Shown one piece after another: positions 18,508 through 27,984 of a stretch of DNA of 64,000 nucleotides. The DNA is from a virus. The stretch covers positions 33,921 to 97,920 of IMG/VR virus record IMGVR_UViG_3300036790_000317; one strand, 5' to 3'. The notes under the pieces were generated by a model, which was given only the letters and a program-made list of their open reading frames with translations, had not been told where the DNA came from and ran no database searches. Made by a program: the position numbers and the translations under genes. Numbering within the stretch: position 1 is the first letter of the stretch; every line of letters starts with the position of its first letter.

Positions 18508-21500
18508 TGGCCTACGCGCTTAACAACTTTGAGGAAGGAACGTCAGGAACGACTCTGACAACGGGGAACACTGACGGGGTATCGTCTCAAGGGTTTGATA
18601 CGATCTTCATCGGCACTGGTGCCACCCTTGCATTCGACAGCACGCATGCGGCACATGGCGGCCTGTCCATGAAGGTGGCCATCGGCTCGACGGCCACCGA
18701 GGCAGAAGCTGAGTGGTCGACGACCATCGGCACCCAGACGACGGTCTATTTCAGGTGCTACCTGTACCTGACCAGTAACCCGTCCGGGGTTATCCGGTTC
18801 TTTTCCGCGTATTCGTCTGCTACCTTTGCCGGGTTCGTCGGCATTAGTACCAGCGGGCACGTTATTCTCGGTGACAGCACCTTTGCTATCAAGCTGACCT
18901 TTACAGGCACCGTGCCATTGAACCAGTGGTTTCGTATTGAAGGCTTTATTACCGGGAATGCATCTACGGGGTCTGTTACTGCAAGCCAGTACAATCTTAT
19001 GGACAGTACGACCGCTGATGAAACGAAGACCGTTGCTGGCCTTAACACGATAGGATCACTTACTACCTATATCTTCGGCCAGAACAACAACGTAGCTACC
19101 GTTGGCCCGTTCTGGATGGATGACATCGGTGTTTCATCATCGGGGCTCATCGGGCCTGCCACGGCCAGCATCGTCAATGCCTGGAGCGCGGTTTACACGG
19201 AGCTTTCCTGGCAGCTGATCGTTGACGACACCACTGCCGGCGAGGTCGTGCAGCCTGACCCGCAGACGCTCTCTCTTGAGATACCGGTATCGAATGCCGC
19301 GGGTGACTGGATGGTCTGCTGCATGACCTGGCAGACACTAACTGCTGTCGGGTTCCCGGTCGCGCCGACCATGTCGGTCGCAGATGACGTGCATAACTGG
19401 TGGGAGCCCGTTGCGCAGAACATCACGAGCAGCGCAGATGGCTATACACGGTCATCCATCTGGGTGGCGCCTGCGGCTAAGGCCGCCAGCACGGTCTATA
19501 TTGCCCCGTCCGGGTATACCATCGGGCTTGCTGCTACCGTCTATGACGTGACCGGAATCTTGCCGTGGTTTACAGCCTCTGCATTCACGAACGGCTTTGC
19601 CAACATCGCGACAAACCTGAGCATGACCGTGGCATCACCTTCATCGAGCGCCATTATCTTCACGGTAGCCGGTGCTGATGATTTCTCTCAGACATACGCT
19701 CTTGCTGCCGGAGATGGCTGGTCAGGCGTTACCGTAGAAGATGGCAGTAACGGTGAGAATGCAAATATCGTCTGTATCTCGGCTTACCAGGTTACGGGAG
19801 GCTCAGGTTCCGTAACGGCGGTATGGTCATCCAGCGGGACCGTGAACTTTTCTGGTGCTACCGCGGGCTTTCTCATCCAGGCTCCGGCACTGACGGCTTA
19901 CAGTCCCATGTGGCCGGTTATCGTCTACGAGTGTGCGCCGGGATTCGGTTTTCAGTCCACTCCGGATGACATTGCCTGGACGGCACTGACCGCGCAGGCA
20001 CTGAAGCTGGATATCACCCAAGGCCGGCAGTACGAGGTAGCCCAACTTTCCGCCGGCGAAGGAACGCTGCTGCTGGACAACCCGCTCGGCATGCTCATCC
20101 CGCCGGGATCTGGCAGCTTTGCCGGCCTGGACTCAGGAACGCCCGTCCGGGTCAGGACGGCGTGGCAGGGCGGGGCCTGGCAGGTGCAGTGGTACGGGAA
20201 CGGGACGACGAGCCAGCCGAAGGCTGAATCCTTTTCCACGGTTCCGGTTATCATCGGGCAATCCTACTGTGTCAGCGCGTGGATAGGATCTTCCGTAACG
20301 TGGTCGGGCGGGATGAATATCTCGATTGCCTGGAAAACATCAGGCGGGTCATTCATTTCAAGCTCTCCGTCGACCGCGGTAACCGGGCCGGCCCCGCAGC
20401 TTGTCACGGCCACCGGAACGGCGCCACCCACCGCCGCGAAAGCTGACCTGATTCTCGTAGCTCAAGGCACCCCGCCTGCTTCCACGGCATTCTATGGCGC
20501 TGCTGCCTTTCCCGGGGCAGCAGCAGGCAGCACCTACATGACCATCGCGCCGGCAACGGTATGGACCGCAGAAAACAACGCCACGGTCTCGGTGCTGGCG
20601 CCGTGGTCACCAGACCCGCGAGGCGAGCCGAATATCACGCCATGGTACGTGCCTTACTCGGGATTCATCGAGCGGCTGCCTCAGCAGTGGGATGAAAACC
20701 TGCGTGGCAAGACGGACGCGGCCATCACCGACGCCTGGTTCGGCTGCAACTTCGTGCCGAACCCGATCATGTTCGATGAAATCCTGAATGATTTCCCGTA
20801 TGCATACTGGCCGTGCGTTGACGCTGCTGGTGCTGGCCAGGCGTCGAACTTTGCTCTGGGCAACACCAACCCGCTGATTGAGGTCACGTCTAAATACGGG
20901 GTTGGTACCGCGGTTGCTGATTTCGGGCAGAACGCTCAGGCACTGCTCGGTGCCCAGGTAACAACGATCGTGTCTACCGACCTGCGCGTGACATCTGGTG
21001 GCGGGATGTGGGGGCAGTCGGGCCTGGGAACCGGCAGCTATTCAGCCAGCAGTCTCGGTCTTCAAGGCTACAGTCTTCAGTGCATCGACTCGAACTTCCC
21101 CCAGATCGGCGCTGATGGCGTTACGATCGAGATGTGGTTTCAGTTCACGAGCCTGTCGGTTTACGGAGGAATCCCGCCGACGGATAATTTCTACCAAGGG
21201 ACGCTGTGGACCCTCGCTGACAGCAACTTCGGGTTCCTGAATCTCAGCATCGAGGCGATAGGCACCAACAACCCGACGGGAACTTGCCAGCTCGTTACCA
21301 GTTTCGTCGGCACCAGTGATTCCACGAATATCGGCACGGATGTCGGGAACTTCATCCCGGGCCAGATTTACCAGACCGTCATGTCCTTCACCCAGACAGA
21401 ATTCAGCCTGTACGTCAACGGCGGCGCCCAGTACAGTGCGCAAAATCTAAGTTTTGGTGCGGGTGGGCTGAAAAGCTCGTCGTTCACGACCATTGTTGCC

Positions 21501-22502
21501 GCAGGCGGGTCAAACCTCAACTTCGCTTCGGGAACTGTCGGCTGGATCGTGCCTCCGCCACAGGGAAGCTGGAACGGCTTCGCCGGGCATATTGCCATCT
21601 ACCCGTACCTGTTGTCCGAGAACCGGATTCTGACGCATTATCTGTCCGGCATCCAGGCCATGCAGCAGGAATCAGCGTCAAACCGGTTCGAGCGGCTGCT
21701 CCAGATCGGGCTGGCGCCGGGCCGCCGGGTTATCATGCAGGAACCTGAGCCAGATACGAATGCAGTCGTGTCTTGCCAGGATGTATCTGGCCAGCCGATG
21801 TCCGCGGCTATCGATAACATTGCTGGAGACCTGCTGCCTGGCATGTTCCTCATTGCGCCGACCGGGGACCTGTATTATCTGAGCAAGCTGTATTCCTGGA
21901 ATCAAGGTATCAAGTGGGTGCTGGGCGAGGACGTGTTCTCGGGTGAGTATTCCTACCTTAATGATATTACTTTTGATTATGACGTCAGCCGGGTAATCAA
22001 CGAAATCCAGCTTACCCAGCTCGACAACCAGGATGTTATTGTCCCGACCGTCACGGCTATCGAAACAGCATCTCAGAACCAGTACGGGACTATCTCGGAT
22101 CTTGCCACCGGATACCTGTACGGTGACAACACCGTGCCGTATACCTACGGTCCCGGCTTGCAGGACACCGCGAACTGGCTGGCGTGCGCCTACCGGGCAC
22201 CGCAGCTCCGGCTGACGACCATCAAGATCAACGCCGCGAGCAACCCGGGGCTGTGGGAATTCGTCCTCGGCGCGGCAGTTGGTGACACGGTCACGGTCAA
22301 CCGCCGCAGCCTCGGGCAGGCGAGTATCGTCATCCAGGTGACGGGCCGGATTACCCAGACGACCCGGACGTTTGAATACTCCATCAAGGGTGCCGAGGCA
22401 AGCATCGAGTGCGTCATTGACCCCATGCCGGAAGAGAATGCCCTGACGTGTGATGACCCCGTCCGAGGGCTGCTCAACGGTACCGATATCTTCGGGTGGT
22501 GA
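18507..22502 (+). CDS. Large minor tail protein with LamG/carbohydrate-binding-like domains
   Basis: 1331 aa after TMP; AYWP..D, TIEMWF, LYVNG, HIAIY motifs. Confidence 0.8.
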   Translation: MAYALNNFEEGTSGTTLTTGNTDGVSSQGFDTIFIGTGATLAFDSTHAAHGGLSMKVAIGSTATEAEAEWSTTIGTQTTVYFRCYLYLTSNPSGVIRFFSAYSSATFAGFVGISTSGHVILGDSTFAIKLTFTGTVPLNQWFRIEGFITGNASTGSVTASQYNLMDSTTADETKTVAGLNTIGSLTTYIFGQNNNVATVGPFWMDDIGVSSSGLIGPATASIVNAWSAVYTELSWQLIVDDTTAGEVVQPDPQTLSLEIPVSNAAGDWMVCCMTWQTLTAVGFPVAPTMSVADDVHNWWEPVAQNITSSADGYTRSSIWVAPAAKAASTVYIAPSGYTIGLAATVYDVTGILPWFTASAFTNGFANIATNLSMTVASPSSSAIIFTVAGADDFSQTYALAAGDGWSGVTVEDGSNGENANIVCISAYQVTGGSGSVTAVWSSSGTVNFSGATAGFLIQAPALTAYSPMWPVIVYECAPGFGFQSTPDDIAWTALTAQALKLDITQGRQYEVAQLSAGEGTLLLDNPLGMLIPPGSGSFAGLDSGTPVRVRTAWQGGAWQVQWYGNGTTSQPKAESFSTVPVIIGQSYCVSAWIGSSVTWSGGMNISIAWKTSGGSFISSSPSTAVTGPAPQLVTATGTAPPTAAKADLILVAQGTPPASTAFYGAAAFPGAAAGSTYMTIAPATVWTAENNATVSVLAPWSPDPRGEPNITPWYVPYSGFIERLPQQWDENLRGKTDAAITDAWFGCNFVPNPIMFDEILNDFPYAYWPCVDAAGAGQASNFALGNTNPLIEVTSKYGVGTAVADFGQNAQALLGAQVTTIVSTDLRVTSGGGMWGQSGLGTGSYSASSLGLQGYSLQCIDSNFPQIGADGVTIEMWFQFTSLSVYGGIPPTDNFYQGTLWTLADSNFGFLNLSIEAIGTNNPTGTCQLVTSFVGTSDSTNIGTDVGNFIPGQIYQTVMSFTQTEFSLYVNGGAQYSAQNLSFGAGGLKSSSFTTIVAAGGSNLNFASGTVGWIVPPPQGSWNGFAGHIAIYPYLLSENRILTHYLSGIQAMQQESASNRFERLLQIGLAPGRRVIMQEPEPDTNAVVSCQDVSGQPMSAAIDNIAGDLLPGMFLIAPTGDLYYLSKLYSWNQGIKWVLGEDVFSGEYSYLNDITFDYDVSRVINEIQLTQLDNQDVIVPTVTAIETASQNQYGTISDLATGYLYGDNTVPYTYGPGLQDTANWLACAYRAPQLRLTTIKINAASNPGLWEFVLGAAVGDTVTVNRRSLGQASIVIQVTGRITQTTRTFEYSIKGAEASIECVIDPMPEENALTCDDPVRGLLNGTDIFGW

Positions 22503-22505
22503 GAC

Positions 22506-23648
22506 ATGCCTCCTCCGTTCGTGGCAACCGTCCCGGCTCCGATGACATGGGGCACCGGGACCATCGTCAAGGCACCGTACCTGAGGCACGATGTCACGAA
22601 TGCGGTCGGGTTCCTGGCACAGCGCCCCTTCTTTATCGGAAAGGTTGCCACCGCCACGGCATGGCCGAACGGCACAGACGCCGCGATGGCTCTTACCCAG
22701 GAAGTTACAGATACCTGGAACGGCCACAACCCGCTTATTAACACCGCCCAGTATTTCGCCCAGGCTCCCGGATGGTACCTGAGCCAGGTAACGGTCCCGT
22801 ACAGCTACACCGGCACGACGCCCGTGCTCTTCACCGCCGGCTTCAACTTCACGTATAACGGCGTGTCAACCGGGCCTGTCCGCGGGCCCGTGACAATCGG
22901 CGGGGTCGGTACCTTCCACAACTATGCCGTCCGGGTATGGGACCTGATCCCGCAGATCCGCACCGGAGCGATCGGAAGCGCAGATTACATCCAGTTTACG
23001 ACCGGGCAGTTCAGCACCGGTGCGCTTAGCTTTATCTTCAACCCGCAGCAGTATGCCTACGCGTCTGTCCGGTGGGTGGCAGCACTGTCCGGCACGGCGA
23101 CACTTCCCGTCCCGGCCAACGCTACCTGGCCGGTCCCGCCTTCGATCGTCACGTCCACGTTCATGAACACAAATGTAAGAGACACGATCAACTTCCTGAC
23201 GTACCCGCCGGTTTGCAAGGCTAATTATGTCGCGGGTGCCGCGGCCTTGATCAACCAGACCTTCCCGGCAGCGCAGGCCATCGAGCTGAATAACGTCGTC
23301 GTGGACAACTATGGCGGGTTTACAACCGGCACAGCCGCCTTTTACACCACACCAAGAACTGGGAACTACTTCTGCTACGGCCAGGTAAACCTGGCTGCCA
23401 CCACGGCAACCACGAACTACTGTGCCGGGTTCAGCATTGCCGGGGGTACCACCCAGTGGGGGGATTCTCTCCGTGTCACGGGTTCTGCTGATGCTACCGG
23501 CGCCGGGATGTGCGTGGCTAAGAGGCTGCGTCTGACATCCGGGCAGACGATCCAGCTCATGGCGAGCCAGAACTCCGGCGCGTCGGTCAACTACGCTGCC
23601 AACGCGGTTGACGAGACGCGCATGATTGTCGTCTGGGAAGGCAGTTAA
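22506..23648 (+). CDS. Minor tail protein
   Basis: Position; internally repeated domain (VPAPMTW.../VPANATW...). Confidence 0.7.
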   Translation: MPPPFVATVPAPMTWGTGTIVKAPYLRHDVTNAVGFLAQRPFFIGKVATATAWPNGTDAAMALTQEVTDTWNGHNPLINTAQYFAQAPGWYLSQVTVPYSYTGTTPVLFTAGFNFTYNGVSTGPVRGPVTIGGVGTFHNYAVRVWDLIPQIRTGAIGSADYIQFTTGQFSTGALSFIFNPQQYAYASVRWVAALSGTATLPVPANATWPVPPSIVTSTFMNTNVRDTINFLTYPPVCKANYVAGAAALINQTFPAAQAIELNNVVVDNYGGFTTGTAAFYTTPRTGNYFCYGQVNLAATTATTNYCAGFSIAGGTTQWGDSLRVTGSADATGAGMCVAKRLRLTSGQTIQLMASQNSGASVNYAANAVDETRMIVVWEGS

Positions 23649-24208
23649 TGACCGGTACCCCGCCGGCGATCCCGAACTTCGCGGCCGGGTACGGGCCTCT
23701 TCCGGCAGACATGAACACGCTGATCCAGACCCCGTTCATCTTCCTTACAACGAAGATCATGTTCCGGGCGCAGCTCCAGGCTGCGACGGCACTCACATCA
23801 GGAACAGCGACGCTCATTCCGTTCGGCACCACGGCCGGTGATATCCTGGAAGATCCCTACGCCGGCTGGTCGAACACGACAACGGGCAGCCAGGCTGCGC
23901 GCAGCTGGCTGTGCCCTGCCGGGTGCACCGGATGGTACGAGATCACGATGACGGCTTTTACCGCTAACCCGGCCATCACGGACGATCTCATGGTCGCGGA
24001 GATATGGCTTGACGGCGCGGAATTCCAGATCACAACGAGCCAGATAGGAGCTAATGGGCACGGAGCCGGCTGCTGTGGCAGCGCCCAGGTCCAGCTCATC
24101 GGCGGCGTAGATTATGTCCAGATGTATCTCTTGCAGGAAGCAAGCATCAACACCGGGAGCACGAACGGGCAGTATTGCACGATGGAAATCGCCTGGGTTA
24201 GTTCCTGA
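23648..24208 (+). CDS. Minor tail protein
   Basis: TAATG overlap; similar fold type to upstream gene. Confidence 0.65.
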   Translation: MTGTPPAIPNFAAGYGPLPADMNTLIQTPFIFLTTKIMFRAQLQAATALTSGTATLIPFGTTAGDILEDPYAGWSNTTTGSQAARSWLCPAGCTGWYEITMTAFTANPAITDDLMVAEIWLDGAEFQITTSQIGANGHGAGCCGSAQVQLIGGVDYVQMYLLQEASINTGSTNGQYCTMEIAWVSS

Positions 24209-24236
24209 TGTGCAGCGCCTGGCCTGGGAGGCCGTC

Positions 24237-24683
24237 ATGTTTGAGCACGATGTCCACCCGCATACCGCGATCATGCTCAACGGCGGGGCACCCGGGCCGG
24301 TCAAGACCGGCGATATGCACGACACCAGGAACCGGCTTGAGCAGTTCAATGCCCGGCTTGCGGTACGTATTACCCGTGTTGTCGGCTCGATGTGGTGCGC
24401 GTATGCCTTCGGGCTATTCGATCTCATCAGCTTGCCTGAGGCTGTTCACGGCGGCATTGCCACGACCATCGCGTGGATTGCGCAGACGTTCCTGCAGCTG
24501 GTGCTGCTGTCTATCATCATGGTCGGGCAGGACGTGCAGGCAAGAGCCTCGGACGCGAGGTCTGAGCAGACCTACAGAGACGCCGAAGCTATCTTGCATG
24601 AGTGCCTCCAGCTTCAAGCTCACCTGCAGGCGCAGGATGAAACGCTCACTAACCTGATCCTGGCGCACTCACACGAGAAGTAG
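24237..24683 (+). CDS. DUF1003-like two-TM membrane protein (holin candidate)
   Basis: GSMWCAYAF, QTFLQLVLLSIIMVGQ hydrophobic helices + coiled tail. Confidence 0.65.
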   Translation: MFEHDVHPHTAIMLNGGAPGPVKTGDMHDTRNRLEQFNARLAVRITRVVGSMWCAYAFGLFDLISLPEAVHGGIATTIAWIAQTFLQLVLLSIIMVGQDVQARASDARSEQTYRDAEAILHECLQLQAHLQAQDETLTNLILAHSHEK

Positions 24684-24696
24684 GCAGGCATATGCC

Positions 24697-25095
24697 GTGG
24701 GCTTTTTCCAGGAGCTGTTCGGGTGGCCTAGCGGGGCTGAGTGGGCAGACATCACGGCAGATCTTATCTCGGCTGCCATCGGCGGACTGGTCGTGTTCAT
24801 CATCCGAGATCACCTGATCCGCAGGTTCCTGCGGCTCTGGGAGAAGCATTCTCTTCCGAGTACCGGAGCAGACATGTCATCTCTCATCGAGCATGCCAGG
24901 GAGTCCATTCACGAAAAGCTCGACGACCTGCATGGCAAGGTCACGAGCATGCAGGAAGAATTCGGTAACGGCTTCCTGCAAGGACTACAGGACAAGATAG
25001 AGATGATGGAGTCGAAGCTGGGTATAGCTGACGATGAAGATCCTGCTCCGGTCTTCGCTATCGTGGCAGACGAGGAAGAGCCCCCGCCGGAGTAA
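24697..25095 (+). CDS. Single-TM membrane protein (lysis-associated candidate)
   Basis: One TM helix + coiled coil; last gene of late operon. Confidence 0.55.
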   Translation: MGFFQELFGWPSGAEWADITADLISAAIGGLVVFIIRDHLIRRFLRLWEKHSLPSTGADMSSLIEHARESIHEKLDDLHGKVTSMQEEFGNGFLQGLQDKIEMMESKLGIADDEDPAPVFAIVADEEEPPPE

Positions 25096-25112
25096 CTGGC
25101 GGGGGCTTTTTT
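25079..25112 (+). terminator. Rho-independent terminator between convergent arms
   Basis: AGCCCCCGCCGG-AGTAA-CTGGCGGGGGCT followed by T-run. Confidence 0.85.
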
Positions 25113-25113
25113 C

Positions 25114-25401
25114 TTATTCTTCACCCAGGGGGATGTCGATGTACCGGATGTCTTCCTTGTCAGCGTTGCGCCAGATCCACTCCATTACATTCGTGATCAG
25201 CAAGCAGTTGTCACCGTGGTGCAGCCAGGCCAGGCACCCCGGGCAGTCCACCAGGGATTCGTTCTCCGGCTGTTCGTAGATCGAGACCATCGGCTCAGCC
25301 GTCTCTGCATCACAAGCAGCAAGAGGAACAGACCAGTTCTCGCGGCCTTCTGTTTTCCAGTTACGGTTCCAGCGGTAAGCGCGGATTAGATGAGTCGTCA
25401 T
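25114..25401 (-). CDS. Hypothetical protein
   Basis: GGAG RBS; fits between two terminators. Confidence 0.55.
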   Translation of the reverse strand: MTTHLIRAYRWNRNWKTEGRENWSVPLAACDAETAEPMVSIYEQPENESLVDCPGCLAWLHHGDNCLLITNVMEWIWRNADKEDIRYIDIPLGEE

Positions 25402-25411
25402 GATGCTCCAT

Positions 25412-25450
25412 AAAAATGACGGGCCGGGGAGTAGCCTTCCCCGGCCCGCC
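25412..25450 (-). terminator. Rho-independent terminator
   Basis: GGCGGGCCGGGGA-loop-TCCCCGGCCCGTC + ATTTTT on minus strand. Confidence 0.8.
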
Positions 25451-25500
25451 GTTGCAGTTACCTTGTAATTTAGGTGTTCAAAACCTAAGTAGGTGTATGC

Positions 25501-25661
25501 GCTGCTACATGGTTCCGCTGGCGACGTTTAATCCCGGCTGTCATTCATGAAGCCTGGCGCTCTGCCCCTTGAGCTACGGGCCGTCGTAGCCGACCCGGCC
25601 GGTTTCGAACCGGCAACCTCCATTGCCTTGCACCCGGGAAGGGGATCCAGCGTACAGCAGC
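25501..25661 (-). ncRNA. Circularly permuted tRNA-like RNA module 2 (Y-RNA/YrlA-like topology)
   Basis: T-arm GCCGG-TTCGAAA-CCGGC, loop-closed acceptor CGGGTCG/CGGCCCG, D-arm TA-GCTC..GAGC; ends pair (GCTGCTGTA/TGTAGCAGC, CGCTGG/CCAGCG). Confidence 0.75.
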
Positions 25662-25673
25662 AAGCTAAGCCTG

Positions 25674-25808
25674 CGAGCGAGAATCTCAGCCTCAGGGCCG
25701 GTGCTCTGTCCTTTGAGCTACCCCTGCATGCGCGCAGGGGCCAGGAATCGAACCTGGATCTTCCGCTTCGCCCCGTGAGCCTTAATCTCAGTCTCAGTCT
25801 GTTGCTCG
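25674..25808 (-). ncRNA. Circularly permuted tRNA-like RNA module 1
   Basis: T-arm CCAGG-TTCGATT-CCTGG, loop-closed acceptor CCCCTGC/GCAGGGG, D-arm TA-GCTC-AAAGGACA-GAGC; closing stems CTCA/TGAG, CGAGC/GCTCG. Confidence 0.75.
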
Positions 25809-25819
25809 TGTCTATTGTA

Positions 25820-26563
25820 CTAGGCAAGCAGCCAGTCAAAAACCGGCTTGCCCGCTGTCTTCAGCGTGACCGGATGGGTGTTTGCTTCCTCACGAGCAGC
25901 ACGAACCGCCGCAATCAGCTTCACGGCCCGGTCTTCCAGCTCGCGCTTCCGTTCCGGGCTGATCGCACCGGATAGCTGGACCTGGGTCCAGTCACCAATC
26001 TTTTCGTCCTTGAACATGACATCGACCTGGGCGTCTTGCTTGAATGCCGGGTCTGACGGAGCCCACTTGACGTGGTTGAACGGCGTCTTCTCGGTCTTCT
26101 TCCGGGTGACCGGGTCTGTGGCATGCAGGCCCTTGTCCTTGTCAAAGTGCCAGTCATCCTTGGTGTTATACACCGGCAGCGCCCGGATGAGCGTGCCGAT
26201 GTGAATGGCTTGCTTTTCCAGCCGCAGCAGGTTCGTGACCGGGACACCCGTGAGGATCGTCGTGCCATCGATCACGAGATCGGCCTTGGCCTCGGCATTG
26301 GCCGAGTCCTGGGTTAGCTCGGCATCGAGCAGGTCGCTCATCGCCTTACGGGCGCTGGCAAGGAGTTCCTGTACCCGGAGCTGGACCTTCTTGCCCTCGG
26401 CCGGAAGCTGCTCGCCTTCGTCATCAAGTGGCTGGTACGTCCGGATCTGGCCGTCGAACAGGTCCGTCTTCTGAGCAGCCTGGTATGCTGCGGTAAACCT
26501 GCGGTTTTCCTCGGCCTTGATGCCTTCGATCATGGCATTGAACTGGTGAAGCTGCTGCGCCAT
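25820..26563 (-). CDS. Uncharacterised conserved-looking helical protein (247 aa), candidate partner of downstream ncRNA
   Basis: GGAAGG RBS before MAQQLHQ; motifs RTYQPLDDEGEQLP, VPVTNLLRLEKQ, AREEAN. Confidence 0.8.
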   Translation of the reverse strand: MAQQLHQFNAMIEGIKAEENRRFTAAYQAAQKTDLFDGQIRTYQPLDDEGEQLPAEGKKVQLRVQELLASARKAMSDLLDAELTQDSANAEAKADLVIDGTTILTGVPVTNLLRLEKQAIHIGTLIRALPVYNTKDDWHFDKDKGLHATDPVTRKKTEKTPFNHVKWAPSDPAFKQDAQVDVMFKDEKIGDWTQVQLSGAISPERKRELEDRAVKLIAAVRAAREEANTHPVTLKTAGKPVFDWLLA

Positions 26564-26591
26564 CTTCTTTTTCCTTCCTTCCGCTGGATGA

Positions 26592-26630
26592 TCATTGTTG
26601 TAATGGCTGTCATTGTTGTAATAGCTGTCA
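26592..26630. repeat. 18-bp tandem repeat x2
   Basis: TCATTGTTGTAATGGCTG / TCATTGTTGTAATAGCTG. Confidence 0.85.
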
Positions 26631-26646
26631 CCACGAGGCTGGCAAG

Positions 26647-26717
26647 AGGCACGCCTGAGAGTCGAACTCAGCCTTGTAGCTTTGCAGGCCACACCCCGCA
26701 CCGGCGAGACGCGCACC
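26647..26717 (-). tRNA. tRNA-Cys(GCA)
   Basis: Hand-folded cloverleaf; loop CT-GCA-AA; U73. Confidence 0.8.
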
Positions 26718-26720
26718 ATG

Positions 26721-26969
26721 TCATATCAGGTCTACGCCAGGAAAATATAGCATGTGTCCTCTTGAACTGCTATCGCTTATCCGGGCTACGTGCGCTAGCT
26801 CATTCCAGCGTCTGGTTCCGATAACCTTAGCTAGAGCCGTAGCAATCTGCACGATATCACTGGACTGCTTATACATGATGCCCGGGGACCCGGACTTGTG
26901 CACGGCGAGTTCTGCGGCAATTCCTGATTGATCCAAGGCGAGCAGGACTTCTTCTCTGTCAAGACGCAT
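26721..26969 (-). CDS. Hypothetical protein
   Basis: ORF between tRNAs. Confidence 0.45.
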   Translation of the reverse strand: MRLDREEVLLALDQSGIAAELAVHKSGSPGIMYKQSSDIVQIATALAKVIGTRRWNELAHVARISDSSSRGHMLYFPGVDLI

Positions 26970-27159
26970 GCTATTACTTCCGTGGGAACGTGAGGCTCGT
27001 CCTGAGCGCCGCTGGCGTGCCGTGCCTGTGTTGCGCTCGTGCTGCGCGCTTGCAATGGTGCTGTGGCTGGCAATCACACCCTGGCAGCATGAGCTATATG
27101 GCTGGCAAGCAGGAGATGGCGGCATGGCCATGATGGCAGTCATTACTATGATGGTGGCG

Positions 27160-27232
27160 TGCACCGGGCGGGAGTCGAACCCGCGGCTGCCCGCTTAGGA
27201 GGCGGGCGCTCTGTCCTCTGAGCTACCGGCGC
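27160..27232 (-). tRNA. tRNA-Arg(CCT)
   Basis: Cloverleaf; loop CT-CCT-AA. Confidence 0.92.
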
Positions 27233-27333
27233 GTGGCTTAGCTTTCCCGCCGAGAAAACTAGCTCCCCGGTTAGCATGACGAAACTTGTGCTCTGCGCGT
27301 CGGCGCTGGGCAGGCGTCAGCCTGCGGATGCCG

Positions 27334-27615
27334 TCAGCGTTTTTGATTTTCAGGTGCCTGGTATAGAGATCTAGCCGATGTTCGTTCGTCATTCCTGGCA
27401 GCTTTCTTCTCAGGGAAGAGATCTAGCAGGATGTCATAGAGCCGCTGCTCTTCCGGGCTGGATACCGCGTACACACGTTCTTCGGAAACATTCATCGTCC
27501 AGGCGATGACGCCGATGGTGCCGTGGCGCACAGCACGTGCGTATTCGCTGATAGCTGACCGGACGCTTTCGGCCAGCTGCTTGTCCGTTATATTCCGTAC
27601 CTGTCCTTCTGCCAT
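27334..27615 (-). CDS. Hypothetical protein
   Basis: ORF between tRNAs. Confidence 0.4.
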   Translation of the reverse strand: MAEGQVRNITDKQLAESVRSAISEYARAVRHGTIGVIAWTMNVSEERVYAVSSPEEQRLYDILLDLFPEKKAARNDERTSARSLYQAPENQKR

Positions 27616-27616
27616 G

Positions 27617-27689
27617 CGCCTCATGCAGGATTCGAACCTGCGGCCTCGTGCTCCGGAAGCACGCGCGCTCTCCGCTGCGCCAATGAGGC
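27617..27689 (-). tRNA. tRNA-Arg(CCG)
   Basis: Cloverleaf; loop TT-CCG-GA. Confidence 0.92.
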
Positions 27690-27749
27690 AAGCATCTTCA
27701 ATAGCATGGTGGTTGACATCACTGAGATGGCTGATGGTGGTGGAAGTGG

Positions 27750-27832
27750 TGGTGGTGGAGGAGGGATTCGAACCCCCAGTGCCGAAGCTACGACTTTACA
27801 GGCCGCTGAGCAGCCAGTTGCTCAACTCCACC
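27750..27832 (-). tRNA. tRNA-Tyr(GTA)
   Basis: Long variable arm; encoded CCA. Confidence 0.9.
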
Positions 27833-27836
27833 TCGG

Positions 27837-27910
27837 GGTGAATGAAGGGAATCGAACCCTCAACGACCGGGTCCACAACCCAGCGCTCTGCCAGTTGAGC
27901 TACATTCACC
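27837..27910 (-). tRNA. tRNA-His(GTG)
   Basis: G-1 and C73 present; loop TT-GTG-GA. Confidence 0.93.
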
Positions 27911-27911
27911 G

Positions 27912-27983
27912 TGCGCGAAGAAGGACTCGAACCTTCGGCCTGCCGGATGTGAACCGGCTGCTCTCCCGCTGAGCTACTCACGC
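27912..27983 (-). tRNA. tRNA-Val(CAC)
   Basis: Cloverleaf; loop TT-CAC-AT. Confidence 0.92.
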
Positions 27984-27984
27984 G

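Noticed and set aside
25548-25760. Two ordinary tRNA genes
   Set aside because: T-arm precedes D-arm, the acceptor is loop-closed and there is no anticodon loop; reported as permuted mimics instead
26564-26719. Longer start for the 25820-26719 ORF
   Set aside because: Extension runs through tRNA-Cys; RBS supports ATG at 26563
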